DNA of 63,002 nt, counting the filler, from Octopus bimaculoides (taxonomy: Eukaryota): assembly GCF_001194135.2 (NCBI RefSeq). It is 7 parts of 6 records of this genome, joined end to end, with 100 filler letters (N's around TTAATTAATTAA, not from the genome) between each part and the next. Parts side by side here need not be neighbours in the genome. Positions count along the whole stretch, not along the records: positions 1 to 26,920 come from NC_068991.1; 6 more parts are not named here. One strand, given 5' to 3'. Positions 11,241 through 23,412 of this stretch are shown here, piece after piece (position 1 is the stretch's first letter; each line of letters begins with the position of its first letter). Under the pieces are notes generated by a model. That model was not told the DNA's origin. It saw nothing but the letters and a program-made list of their open reading frames with translations, and searched no databases. Made by a program: the position numbers and the translations under genes.

Positions 11241-13030
11241 GTATAGGCTAACATATCTTAACTATAGACTCAATACTGAAACTATAGGCTAAAATATCGG
11301 GATTATAGGCTAGAATATCTAATACATAGGCTACAATAACTAACCTATAGGCTGAAATATTGAAATTATACACTAAAATATCTAAAGTATAGGCTAAAAT
11401 AATTAAACTATAGGCTAAAATATCGAAACTACCTAAAATATCGAAACTATAGACTAAAATATCTAAACTATAGGGTAAAATCTCTAACATATAGGCAAAA
11501 ATACTTAAAGTATAGGCTCAATATCGAAACAATAGGCTAAAATATCTGAAACAGAATAAAATACCGAAACTATAGGCTCAAATATCGAAACTGTAGACTA
11601 AAACATCTAAAGTACAGGCTAAAATAACTAGACTAAAGACTAAAATACTTTAACTATAGGCTCAAAAATCTAAATTATAGGCTAAAATAACTTAACTATA
11701 GGCTCAATTATCAAAATTATACGCTAAAATATCTAAAGTATAGGCTAAAATTACCTAAACAATAGGCTCGAATATCGAAATTATAGCCGGAAATACCTAA
11801 ATTATTGGCTAAATTAACGAACATATAGGCTCAAATATCGAAACTGTAGACTAAAATATTTAAACTATAGGCTAAAATATCTAAAATATTTTAACTATAG
11901 GGTCAAAAATCGAATCTATAGGCTACATTATCTAAAGTATAGGCTAAAATACCTAAACTATCGATTCCAATATCGAAACTATAGGCTAAAATATCTCACG
12001 TATAGGCTAAAGTACCTAAATATAGGCTCAAATATCGAAACTATAGGCTAACATATCTAAAGTATAGGCTAAAATATCTTAAATATAGGCTCAAAATCGA
12101 AACTATAGGCTACAATATTTCAAATTACTAAACTATACGCTCAAATATCGAGACAATAGGCTGAATATCTAAGGTTAAGGCTAAAACTAAAGCCTCACAT
12201 ATCGAAATTATAGGCTAAAATATCTAAATTATAGGCAAAAAACTAAACTAAAAACTCAAATATCGAAAATATAGGCAGAAATATCAAAATTATAGGCTAA
12301 AATAATTAAACTGTAAGCTCAGTATCGAAACTATAGGCTACAATATCTAAATTATAGGCTAAAATAACTAAACTATAGGTTGAAATATCGAGACTATAGG
12401 CTAAAATCGAAACTATAGGCTCAATATCGAAACTATAGGCTACAATACCTAACATATAGGCTAAAATATCAAATCTATAGGTAAATATATCTACAGTATT
12501 GCATGAAATAACTAGACTAGAAGCTCAAATATCTAAAATATAATCTAAAATATATAAATTATAGACTCAAATATCGAAACTAGGCGACAATATCTAGCCT
12601 ATAATTTCGATAGCCTATTGTCTCGATATTTGAGCCTATAATTTAGTTAATTTGAAATATTTTAGCCTATAGTTTCGATATTGAGCCTATATTTTAGGTA
12701 CTTTAGCATATACTTTAGATATTTGAGCATTTAGTTTGGATTCTGAGTCTATAGTTTGGTTATTTTAGCCTATACGTAATATATTTTAGTCTATAATTTC
12801 GATATTTGAGCCTATAAATTAGTTTTATAGTCTATACTTTAGATATTCAGCCTACTGTCTCGATATTTGAGGATACTGTAGCCTATGATTTCGATATGTG
12901 AGCCTATAGTTTTAGCGTATACTTTAGATATTCAGCCTATTGTCTTGATATTTGTGCCTATAGTTTAGTTAGTTTGAAATATTTTAGCCTATTGTCTCGA
13001 TATTTGAGACTATAGTTTAGATATTCAGAC
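11240..13030. repeat. ~21-bp satellite (AAACTATAGGCTAAAATATCT / AAACTATAGGCTCAAATATCG) that inverts orientation at ~12590
   Basis: Forward units 11240-12590, reverse-complement units 12595-13030. Confidence 0.95.
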
Positions 13031-13032
13031 AG

Positions 13033-13338
13033 GCAACCATCTTGAATGGACCAGCCGCTGGTCAAGATGTTCTTATAACTCTAATGTCCCCCACTCCCTC
13101 TGATACGATCTACATGTTTAAGCGGCTTCAATTTCCTATCAAACTCTCCTTTGCAATGACAATAAATAAGGCACAGGGTCAATCTTTGCAAATGGTTGGT
13201 TTAAATCTCACAGAGCAAGTGTTCTCCCACGGTCAACTTTACATTGGATGCTTCCGTATTGGCAGGCCACAAAGTCTATATATTTGTACATCAGAAGGGA
13301 AAACGAGGAACGTTGCCTACAAAGAAGCGCTCCATTGA
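13033..13338 (+). pseudogene. Helitron RepHel PIF1-family helicase, C-terminal fragment
   Basis: FKRLQFPIKLSFAMTINKAQGQSL..VGLNL..VFSHGQLY...KTRNVAYKEALH*: helicase motifs V and VI and the typical Helitron C-terminus; 5'-truncated by the satellite. Confidence 0.92.
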
Positions 13339-14349
13339 AAAGACGGCATTTCTTTACATCTTCCAAATCACCCAAGTCATCTGCTGCCTCAAAAGCTTCG
13401 TACTTGCAGTGCCAGCCAACGTAAGTCAATGACACACAACTTCACTCATTCACTCTATGTCGCTTTCTCACCCTCTTTCTCTCTCACATACACATACACG
13501 CGCACACAAACACACACACACACANNNNNNNNNNNNNNNNNNNNNNNNNNNNNNNNNNNNNNNNNNNNNNNNNNNNNNNNNNNNNNNNNNNNNNNNNNNN
13601 NNNNNNNNNNNNNNNNNNNNNNNNNNNNNNNNNNNNNNNNNNNNNNNNNNNNNNNNNNNNNNNNNNNNNNNNNNNNNNNNNNNNNNNNNNNNNNNNNNNN
13701 NNNNNNNNNNNNNNNNNNNNNNNNNNNNNNNNNNNNNNNNNNNNNNNNNNNNNNNNNNNNNNNNNNNNNNNNNNNNNNNNNNNNNNNNNNNNNNNNNNNN
13801 NNNNNNNNNNNNNNNNNNNNNNNNNNNNNNNNNNNNNNNNNNNNNNNNNNNNNNNNNNNNNNNNNNNNNNNNNNNNNNNNNNNNNNNNNNNNNNNNNNNN
13901 NNNNNNNNNNNNNNNNNNNNNNNNNNNNNNNNNNNNNNNNNNNNNNNNNNNNNNNNNNNNNNNNNNNNNNNNNNNNNNNNNNNNNNNNNNNNNNNNNNNN
14001 NNNNNNNNNNNNNNNNNNNNNNNNNNNNNNNNNNNNNNNNNNNNNNNNNNNNNNNNNNNNNNNNNNNNNNNNNNNNNNNNNNNNNNNNNNNNNNNNNNNN
14101 NNNNNNNNNNNNNNNNNNNNNNNNNNNNNNNNNNNNNNNNNNNNNNNNNNNNNNNNNNNNNNNNNNNNNNNNNNNNNNNNNNNNNNNNNNNNNNNNNNNN
14201 NNNNNNNNNNNNNNNNNNNNNNNNNNNNNNNNNNNNNNNNNNNNNNNNNNNNNNNNNNNNNNNNNNNNNNNNNNNNNNNNNNNNNNNNNNNNNNNNNNNN
14301 NNNNNNNNNNNNNNNNNNNNNNNNNNNNNNNNNNNNNNNNNNNNNNNNN

Positions 14350-14399
<50 letters not shown>

Positions 14400-14404
<5 letters not shown>

Positions 14405-14620
14405 ATATATGTATGTATGTATATGTTTGTGCATCTGTGTTTGTTCCCCTGCCACCACATCATCGCTTGACAACCGATGTTAGTGTGTTTACGTCTCCGT
14501 AACTTGACGGTTTGGCAAAAGAAAAAGATAGAATAAGTCCTGGGGTCGATTTGTTCGACTAAAGGCGATGCTCCAGCATGGCTGCAGTCAAATGACTGAA
14601 ACAAATAAAAGAAAGAATAA
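14400..14620 (+). mobile_element. SINE family B, 3' half
   Basis: CATCGCTTGACAACCGATG..AATAAGTCCTGGGGTCGAT..CAGTCAAATGACTGAAACA..AAAGA tail after (TG)n and gap. Confidence 0.85.
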
Positions 14621-15277
14621 AGGAGACTCGAGAATTGGGGCGGCGTCAGCTGCGGCGGCGTCGGCGGCGTCAGCGGCGTCGGCTGCGGCGGCGTCGGCTG
14701 CGGCGGCGATGGCAGTGGTGGTATTCTTGGCGGTATTCTATTCATTATGTCTTATGTTCCTTACACGCCTGAGACTGATATATTTAAAAACTGGTACTAA
14801 TACCTATTAGTGATCATGAATATATCTTTATTTCTTGATTTGCTTACTATTAAGAAAGAAAGGAAAGGGCGAAATGTAGAAAGATAAGTGAAAGAATGTA
14901 AGGAAGATAGAACTAAATAAAACACAAACAAAGACCGGGAGAGAGAAAGAGAGAGTGAGAGAAAATAGTGTGAATGTGGAGATAAAAGGGAAGGAGATTG
15001 TGAGTGAGTTAGAAAGAAAGAGAAAAGAAAGACCAGTGAATGACAAAGAGAAAGGACCAATATGAAAGCATATATAAAGAAGGATTAACAGTTTTGTTTA
15101 CGTGAAGTTTTTCACGAAACTTCCTTTCAATAATTCTTCTCTTTCCACAATATACACACACTCACCGACGCAAACGCCCACATACTTATACATATATACC
15201 AACCTACCTACCTACATATATACATACATACATATATACGTACATACATACATATATACGTACATATATACATATAT

Positions 15278-15510
15278 GCTGTTGTTGTTGGCACTCCGTC
15301 GCTTACGACGTCGAAGATTCCAGTTGATCCGATCAACGGAACTGCCTGCTCATGAAATTAACATGCAAGTGGATGAGCACTCCACAGACACGTGTACGTT
15401 TAACGTAGTTCTCGGGGGATATTCAGCGTTGACACAGTGTTACAAGGCTGACCCTTTGAATTACAGGCACAACAGAAACAGGAAGTAAGAGAAAGTTGTG
15501 GTGAAAGAGT
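15278..15510 (-). mobile_element. SINE family D, 3' part with (CAA)n tail
   Basis: Reverse complement of 1850-2010; gap follows. Confidence 0.7.
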
Positions 15511-15932
15511 NNNNNNNNNNNNNNNNNNNNNNNNNNNNNNNNNNNNNNNNNNNNNNNNNNNNNNNNNNNNNNNNNNNNNNNNNNNNNNNNNNNNNNNNNN
15601 NNNNNNNNNNNNNNNNNNNNNNNNNNNNNNNNNNNNNNNNNNNNNNNNNNNNNNNNNNNNNNNNNNNNNNNNNNNNNNNNNNNNNNNNNNNNNNNNNNNN
15701 NNNNNNNNNNNNNNNNNNNNNNNNNNNNNNNNNNNNNNNNNNNNNNNNNNNNNNNNNNNNNNNNNNNNNNNNNNNNNNNNNNNNNNNNNNNNNNNNNNNN
15801 NNNNNNNNNNNNNNNNNNNNNNNNNNNNNNNNNNNNNNNNNNNNNNNNNNNNNNNNNNNNNNNNNNNNNNNNNNNNNNNNNNNNNNNNNNNNNNNNNNNN
15901 NNNNNNNNNNNNNNNNNNNNNNNNNNNNNNNN

Positions 15933-15977
<45 letters not shown>

Positions 15978-16876
15978 TATATATACACACACACACACAT
16001 ATATATATATATATCATTTTTTTGTGTGTGTGAGTGTGTTAATATACCAGAGATTATATGCATCTATGTATGTATATACATATTTCAAGAGTTTCCGTAT
16101 GGTACGTGGATGCGTTTATAACTCTGATAGTAGTAATAATAGAATAATGGTGGACAGTGGTTGATTCGTCGGCAAAATGGCGTCGTAATTGCATTAGCAT
16201 TGATACCTCTCGTTGTTCAACATCCTTGTTATGGATAGCTTCATTATTGATATTGTTAATTAGCTGCAGATTTATGGCCTATCGATCTATATGCCACAGC
16301 CATCTCCTTCACCATCGCAAACAGATTTTTTTCTTTTTTTTTTCTAACGTTCGTTTATTTGCTATTTTTTTTTCTGTTTATTTCTCTATTTTTTTAATGT
16401 CATTTTTTATTGTATTTTTACTGTTCTTCTAATTCTTCATATTCTTACGATTATCAGTCCATATGTGTCTGCGTGTGTGTATGTATGTATATATGTATGT
16501 ATGCATGTATGTTTGGGCGAATGTATATATATGTATGTGTCTATGTGTATGCATGTGTTTGCATTCATGTATGTGTGTCTGCATACGTATGCTTATTATG
16601 TTATTGATATATTACATATACATACATGCATACATATCAACACACACAAACGAATATAGATATATATATATATATATATGTGTGTGTGTATGTATATATT
16701 TACTAATATGTATAGGCAAATATAAGAATATATGTATTTACGATATGTCTATGAGTGTGTATATATATGTGTGTGTGTGTGTGTGTATTTATACATATAA
16801 ATGATCATATATATTTATATACATTTATATATGTTTGTGTGTGCACGCGCCCGCGTGTTTGTGTGTGTGTGTGTGA

Positions 16877-16915
<39 letters not shown>

Positions 16916-17356
16916 TGTGTCTGTGTGCGTGTGTGTACGAGCATGACCCTGTTGTCCTATCCCTCTCTGTCAGAGTGAGAGAAGCAAATCAGGGATGATT
17001 TGTTATTTCGATTCCCTGGTTCAGTTTCCTTTCGTTCGGTCTGCTTTGGTGGAGTGGAATACTTGGTTAAGTGGGGAGGGTGTTATTGAGCGAGATCGCT
17101 GTTGGCTGGCTGGCTGGATGGATGGATGGATGGAAAGATGGATGAATGGATGGATGGATGGATGGATGGATGGATATAGTTGGTGGCTGTGTTGGTAGTG
17201 GGGGGGGATTAAATTCTTTGTTTATGACAGTATATCTGAGCGAGGAATATGATAGAAATAATTATCAGAATAATGGTTAATAGCGATGGTGGACATGGTG
17301 GTGGCGGTGGAGAAGATATTTAGAAAAGATCAATTAAAACAATGATGATGATGATT

Positions 17357-17396
<40 letters not shown>

Positions 17397-17816
17397 CGAT
17401 GACGACGACGAGAAGGAGGAGGAGGAGGATAATGATGATGATGATGATGTGAGTAAAAGCGTCGAAGATACTAACAAAGATTAAGTAGGAGAGGAACTAA
17501 AAAAACAACAACAGTAGCATTAATAACAGAAACAATAATTATTATAATTTCATTTATTTGCCACCAGGGCAACCGATGGCGGGTGGGGTGGGGTCAATAC
17601 AAGTAAGTACAAGATTGTAAGAGTAAGACGAGAGATGTTTAACGAAAATAATGCATAAGCTTTTATTACACAATAACAACAGCAACAACAACAACAACAA
17701 CAACAATACTACTACTACTAATGATAATAATAATAATAATAATAATAATCATATGGCATGCACTGCTCTCTCACTCAATAATAATAATAATAATAATAAT
17801 AATTAGAAGAAGTAGA

Positions 17817-17945
17817 AGAAGAAGAAGAAGAAGAAGAAGAAGAAGAAGAAGAAGAAGAAGAAGAAGAAGAAGAAGAAGAAGAAGAAGAAGAAGAAGAAGA
17901 AGAAGAAGAAGAAGAAGAAGAAGAAGAAGAAGAAGAAGAAGAAGA
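17817..17945. repeat. (GAA)n microsatellite
   Basis: Pure AGA/GAA run. Confidence 0.98.
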
Positions 17946-17983
17946 ATGATGATAATAATAATAATATTAATAATACTAGTAAT

Positions 17984-18199
17984 AATCCTTTCTACTATAG
18001 GCAGTAGGCCTGAAATTTGGTGGGACGGGACAAGTCGATTACGTCGACACCAGCACTTGACTGGTATTTACTTCATCGATTCCGAAATGACGAAAGGCAA
18101 AGTCAACCCCGGCGGTATTTGAACTCAGAGCGTAAAAGACAGGCGAAAAAGACCGCTAAGTATTATATCCGGCGTGCTAACGATCCTGCCAACTCGCCG
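17984..18199 (-). mobile_element. SINE family A
   Basis: Full-length reverse-complement match. Confidence 0.88.
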
Positions 18200-19054
18200 A
18201 GGTTAACCTTGCCTTTCATTCTTTTGGGAATGAACTGGAATCAATGTGATGCTGATGATGATGGTGGTGGTGGTGGTGGTGGTNNNNNNNNNNNNNNNNN
18301 NNNNNNNNNNNNNNNNNNNNNNNNNNNNNNNNNNNNNNNNNNNNNNNNNNNNNNNNNNNNGTGGCGGTGGTGGTGGTGGTAGTTATGATGGTGATGGTGA
18401 TGGTGATTACGATGATGACGACGACGGCGACAACGACGACGACGACTATGACGATGATGATGATGAATATTATTATTATGGCAACGAGGCTGATGACTAC
18501 AATAAAAACAGAATTATGAATTAGTAGTAATCCTGATGGAAATAACGCCATAACAACAAAGAAAAACAAACAAACAAATAAACAAATAAGACCTAAAAAC
18601 CAACAAATATAATAAAACATCACGCTAGAAAGTCTCAGTAAGAGAAGAATGGAAGAGGGAAGGCTAGAAAGTATGTGCGTGTGTGTATGTGTATGTGTAT
18701 CCGTTTCTAAGTATGTGCCTGTGTATGTTTGCATGCGGTTCTGCATCTACGTGTGCGTGTGAGTGGTTGTGTGCGTTTGTGTATGTTTGCGTGTGTGAGT
18801 TTGTGTGTGTGTCTCTGTGTGTTGCTGTGGTTCTCATCTTACCAAAGTGCAGTCGCATTTCTAATTGGAGATTGAAACCGATACGGTAGAAGATACACAA
18901 AACCACCATAGCGTTCAAGAGTAAAACAATGGCAAAAAAAAAAGAAAAAAATCGCCAACGAAAAGCATTACTACTGCTACTGCTACTGCGGCTAGACCTG
19001 CTGCTAGTACTACCAATAATAATAATAATGATAGTAATAATAATAATAATTTTA

Positions 19055-19444
19055 AAAAATGTTTAATGCTTTCTAATTGATGTATCAATACCAGCAGATG
19101 ACAACGTCTCTCTAAAAGAAATGGAAAAACTTTCAAAATACAAAAACCAGGAAATAGAGGTAACTCGAATGTGGAATCTAAAAACAGAAACAATTCCTAT
19201 TATAGTAGGTGCCTTAGGTCTAATAAAAAAATATTCAGACAAATACATAACAAAAACACCAGGACTTACAAATATATATAACATACAGAAATTGCACTAC
19301 TGGGCACAGCACACATCCTACGCAAAACACTTTCAATACAGTAACCATAAGAGCACCACAGCACATACCCAAGGCGCACAGAGCTGCTCTCGGTACTGAA
19401 GTGAAAGCACGTTATAAAAATAAAACTACTGAACAATAATAATA
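19055..19444 (+). mobile_element. 5'-truncated Dong/R4-type LINE (RLE endonuclease C-terminus, 3' UTR, (AAT)n tail)
   Basis: CFLIDVSIPADDNVSLKEMEKLSKYK..EIEVTRMWNLKTETIPIIVGALGLIKK..., frameshift, ALLGTAHILRKTLSIQ*; (AAT)n on both sides. Confidence 0.9.
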
Positions 19445-20109
19445 NNNNNNNNNNNNNNNNNNNNNNNNNNNNNNNNNNNNNNNNNNNNNNNNNNNNNNNN
19501 NNNNNNNNNNNNNNNNNNNNNNNNNNNNNNNNNNNNNNNNNNNNNNNNNNNNNNNNNNNNNNNNNNNNNNNNNNNNNNNNNNNNNNNNNNNNNNNNNNNN
19601 NNNNNNNNNNNNNNNNNNNNNNNNNNNNNNNNNNNNNNNNNNNNNNNNNNNNNNNNNNNNNNNNNNNNNNNNNNNNNNNNNNNNNNNNNNNNNNNNNNNN
19701 NNNNNNNNNNNNNNNNNNNNNNNNNNNNNNNNNNNNNNNNNNNNNNNNNNNNNNNNNNNNNNNNNNNNNNNNNNNNNNNNNNNNNNNNNNNNNNNNNNNN
19801 NNNNNNNNNNNNNNNNNNNNNNNNNNNNNNNNNNNNNNNNNNNNNNNNNNNNNNNNNNNNNNNNNNNNNNNNNNNNNNNNNNNNNNNNNNNNNNNNNNNN
19901 NNNNNNNNNNNNNNNNNNNNNNNNNNNNNNNNNNNNNNNNNNNNNNNNNNNNNNNNNNNNNNNNNNNNNNNNNNNNNNNNNNNNNNNNNNNNNNNNNNNN
20001 NNNNNNNNNNNNNNNNNNNNNNNNNNNNNNNNNNNNNNNNNNNNNNNNNNNNNNNNNNNNNNNNNNNNNNNNNNNNNNNNNNNNNNNNNNNNNNNNNNNN
20101 NNNNNNNNN

Positions 20110-20144
<35 letters not shown>

Positions 20145-20191
20145 TAATAATAATGATGATGATGATAATAATAATAATGATAATAATAATA

Positions 20192-20248
<57 letters not shown>

Positions 20249-20276
20249 ATTATTATGATAATGATGATGATGATGA

Positions 20277-20412
20277 TTTCGGCATAAGGCCTGCAATTTT
20301 GAGGGAAAGATATATCGATTCCATCGACCCCAGTACTCAGCTGGTACTTATTTTATCGACCTCGAAAGGATGAATGGGAAAGTCGACCTCGGTGGAATTT
20401 GAACTTAGAACG
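20277..20412 (-). mobile_element. SINE family A, 3' fragment
   Basis: GACCCCAGTACTCAGCTGGTACTTATTTTATCGAC..GGATGAA..AAAGTCGACCTCG. Confidence 0.8.
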
Positions 20413-20469
20413 ACTCCAGCCTCGGGCTGGGAAAATCCTTCTGTGTGGATTTTGGAGATTGAATGGATT

Positions 20470-20740
20470 TTATGTGTAGGTGTATGTGGGTGTGTGTTGG
20501 TGTGTGTGTGTGCGTGTGCGTATGTGTGTGTTTACGTGTCTTTGTGTGTCTGTCCTCCAACAACACTTGACAACCAGTGATGGTTTTGTTTATGTACCCG
20601 TAACTTAGCAGTTCGGCAAACGTTGACGATAGAGTAAGTACCAGATTTTTAAAAAAAACAACGTACTGGCGTGGATTCGTTCGCTAACATATCTTCAAGG
20701 TGGTGCCCCGGCATGGTCACAGTAGACTAAGCACAGTCTT
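20470..20740 (+). mobile_element. SINE family B, microsatellite plus 3' half
   Basis: CTTGACAACC..CCGTAACTTAGCAGTTCGGCAAA..GGTGGTGCCCCGGCATGG. Confidence 0.75.
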
Positions 20741-21502
20741 ACAAATGCTTATGAATTGTTAAAGTAGACAGTGTATAAAACAGACAAATGGAAGGAGATG
20801 TTAAAAAGTAATATTATAGACACATTAGATAAAATACTTAAAACTGGGCTAAATGCCAAAAGTAAAGTAATATATATATATATGTATGTATAATCTAGCT
20901 TTTCAAGTAATAACTTATAGTTATAATATTCACAATTGGATGTAAATAGTATTAGCATGACTAGACTAGAAAATAAATAAAATAAATAATTACATTTCGA
21001 AATCAGCACCCAGAAACCGACTTATAAAGATTATATTTACCAAGAATAATTGCAGCTATGGGCATTGTGTAATTAGAAAACCATTATAATGTTCTTAATG
21101 TAGGGATACAAAAAAAATTAGTAGACAGGAAAAATAAACAAAACAATGAATAAAACAAGCAAAAATTTTTATCGTCTTAAAGTATAAATCTGTAGTTATT
21201 TTTCACTTTTGTATTTGGTTTGCATGATTCCTGGTGTGAGAGGGTCATTATGTCAATAATAAACACACGCACTGGTTCTTTTTCACTTCTTTTTTGTTAT
21301 TATTAGCCTATTAGTTAAACAATTTGACGAACTAACTAATCGATTGTTTGGAGTAGAGGGGTATGTCATCGATGAGGTCACGAATGGCGACGAAAAGACT
21401 TTAAATTGGCAGAGCTAATTCATTGATTAACCGAACAATTAATCAAACATCCGATAATTTAATTGGTTAATAGTTAGCTACTTCACTAATTTATTATCTT
21501 TT

Positions 21503-21712
21503 ATCTTTTGCTTGTTTGTGTCATTGGACTGCGACCATGCTGGGGCAACAACGTGAATAATTTTAATCGAGCGATTGGACGCAAGTACTATTTTAACCCT
21601 GGTACTTGTTCAATCGTTCTTTTGCCAAAACGTTAAGATACAGCAACGTAAACAGACCAACACCAGCTGTCAAGAGATGGTGACAGAAGCAAATTCGGAC
21701 ACGAAAACACAC

Positions 21713-21715
<3 letters not shown>
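21503..21715 (-). mobile_element. SINE family B, 3' half
   Basis: GACTGCGACCATGCTGGGGCA..GCCAAAACGTTAAG..GTCAAGAGATGGTG. Confidence 0.75.
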
Positions 21716-21808
<93 letters not shown>

Positions 21809-21859
21809 TTCTTTCATTCAAGCATTCTTTCTCATGAACTGAGTATATGNNNNNNNNNN

Positions 21860-22082
21860 GAGTTTCCTTTTTTGTACTCATAAAGCATTATGTATCTTAA
21901 ATGATCTTTGGATACTTCCATGTTAGAAAGGATTTTATTCAAAGAACTTTTAATTCTATTATTCAGTAAAATAATATTTAATTAGTTTAAATGTACACAA
22001 ATGCATAACAATAATTTTTAATTCCATTAGACATTCTAAAATACTATTAAATTTCATTCAATTTAAAAAAAAAGGTAAACTC
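21860..22082. mobile_element. Possible small AT-rich MITE inserted in the microsatellite of a family B SINE
   Basis: GAGTTTCCTTTTTT (21860) vs AAAAAAGGTAAACTC (ends 22082); left end partly hidden by a 10-N gap. Confidence 0.3.
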
Positions 22083-22123
22083 GGACAGAACTTATACGAT
22101 GATATGATATTATATACATATTA

Positions 22124-22285
22124 CAGGTTTCTTTCAGTTTCCATTTACCAAATCCACTCGCAAGGCTTTGCTCGACCTGAGGCTATAGTAGCAGACACTT
22201 GCCCAAGGTTAAACCCATTAGGAGTGAACCCAGATCTATGTGGTTGGGAAGCAAGCTTTTTACTACACAGCCACGAATGCGTCTA
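22124..22285 (-). mobile_element. SINE family B, 5' half
   Basis: TTTCAGTTTCC..CAAATCCACTC.CAAGGCTTTG..GACACTTGCCCAAGG..CACAGCCAC. Confidence 0.85.
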
Positions 22286-22861
22286 ATAATGACAAAAGTA
22301 GTTATATATAACAAGTGCATTAGTAGTCATGTTACATTTCTAATTCTAGTTTGAATGTATTGATAACTGATTAGCAAGAATCGAGTACATCTTGCCAAGA
22401 TATCAGTGGTATCTATACTTGCATTGATAAAGTATTATATTTATTGACAAGATACTACTTAAGGTTCATTGCCTCTACTTGGAAACGTTCTACTGTAAAG
22501 GAACTAGCAAACTCGCTTGCTATGCTGCGCCGAGAAGACATTCATGAATCTGATTTGTTTCTGGCTGAACTGTAAAAGGGTAACTGAAGGGACCACAGGA
22601 AAGCTCTTCAGCACATCAATCTATGTATGTGGTTTGTCTAATATAGCTTTCGGAGTATTGGCAGAATGAAATGTTGTCTTTCAGTAAGTGAATTCACATC
22701 CCAACGGTACAGCATGAATTGTGTTGTTAATATATTCCGTACATTTTATACAGTCCAATGCATAGAAATGTATAGGTAAATAATAAATAACGTGATGGAT
22801 GATAAAATAAAAAGTAATTTAACCTAGAACAGACAACATATAGTTTGTCCAGCACTCGTTG

Positions 22862-22933
22862 AGTAGAGTGACGTATTGACAACATACTGGGTTCTTAATT
22901 CAAAGGTCCATGGATCGAAACTAATCTCTACGA
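22862..22933 (+). pseudogene. Decayed initiator tRNA-Met pseudogene
   Basis: Ungapped 72-nt alignment (50/72 by hand) to the metazoan tRNAi-Met consensus; keeps the initiator-type T-loop GGATCGAAAC; anticodon CAT>CTT; T-run ~15 nt downstream. Confidence 0.75.
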
Positions 22934-23412
22934 AGTAGCGGTTGCTATATTTTTCTTATATTTCTACATCACACAGAATCGCTACAAAAAACATACCAAA
23001 CATGTACATGATTATATACCTACAGGGGTAGATACGAATGATAGAGATTTATATAGCGTCAAGGGGTCACGGATTGAGCGCAGTGCAACAAAATCCAAAT
23101 AACGGCGTGGACAGAGACGACAACAATGTCAAGACTATTGACTTAGTATGTAGAATAAGTTAATAATCTCAGCAATCTGAAAATTGAAAACTAGGTTGTT
23201 CCACTCCGGTTTAAGTTCATATTATGAATATATCTCTGAGAGGAATAAGCTCCTAGATCCCACCCCCGCCTCACCCGGATGTACTTTATACTAAAATAGC
23301 ATTTGTGCCACTGAACCCATGGGGTACCAAGTCTCAGGTCTCGACACTTCATTAGAATTCCAATTTTTCAGCGTTCAGCAGAACAGGGGTTTAAATGTAC
23401 TTTCCAATAACT

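Noticed and set aside
13033-13338. Host PIF1 gene exon
   Set aside because: C-terminus (FSHGQLY..KTRNVAYKEAL*) is Helitron-type, and it starts abruptly at a satellite with no splice acceptor context
13208-13435. Minus-strand ORF
   Set aside because: Antisense shadow of the Helitron helicase fragment
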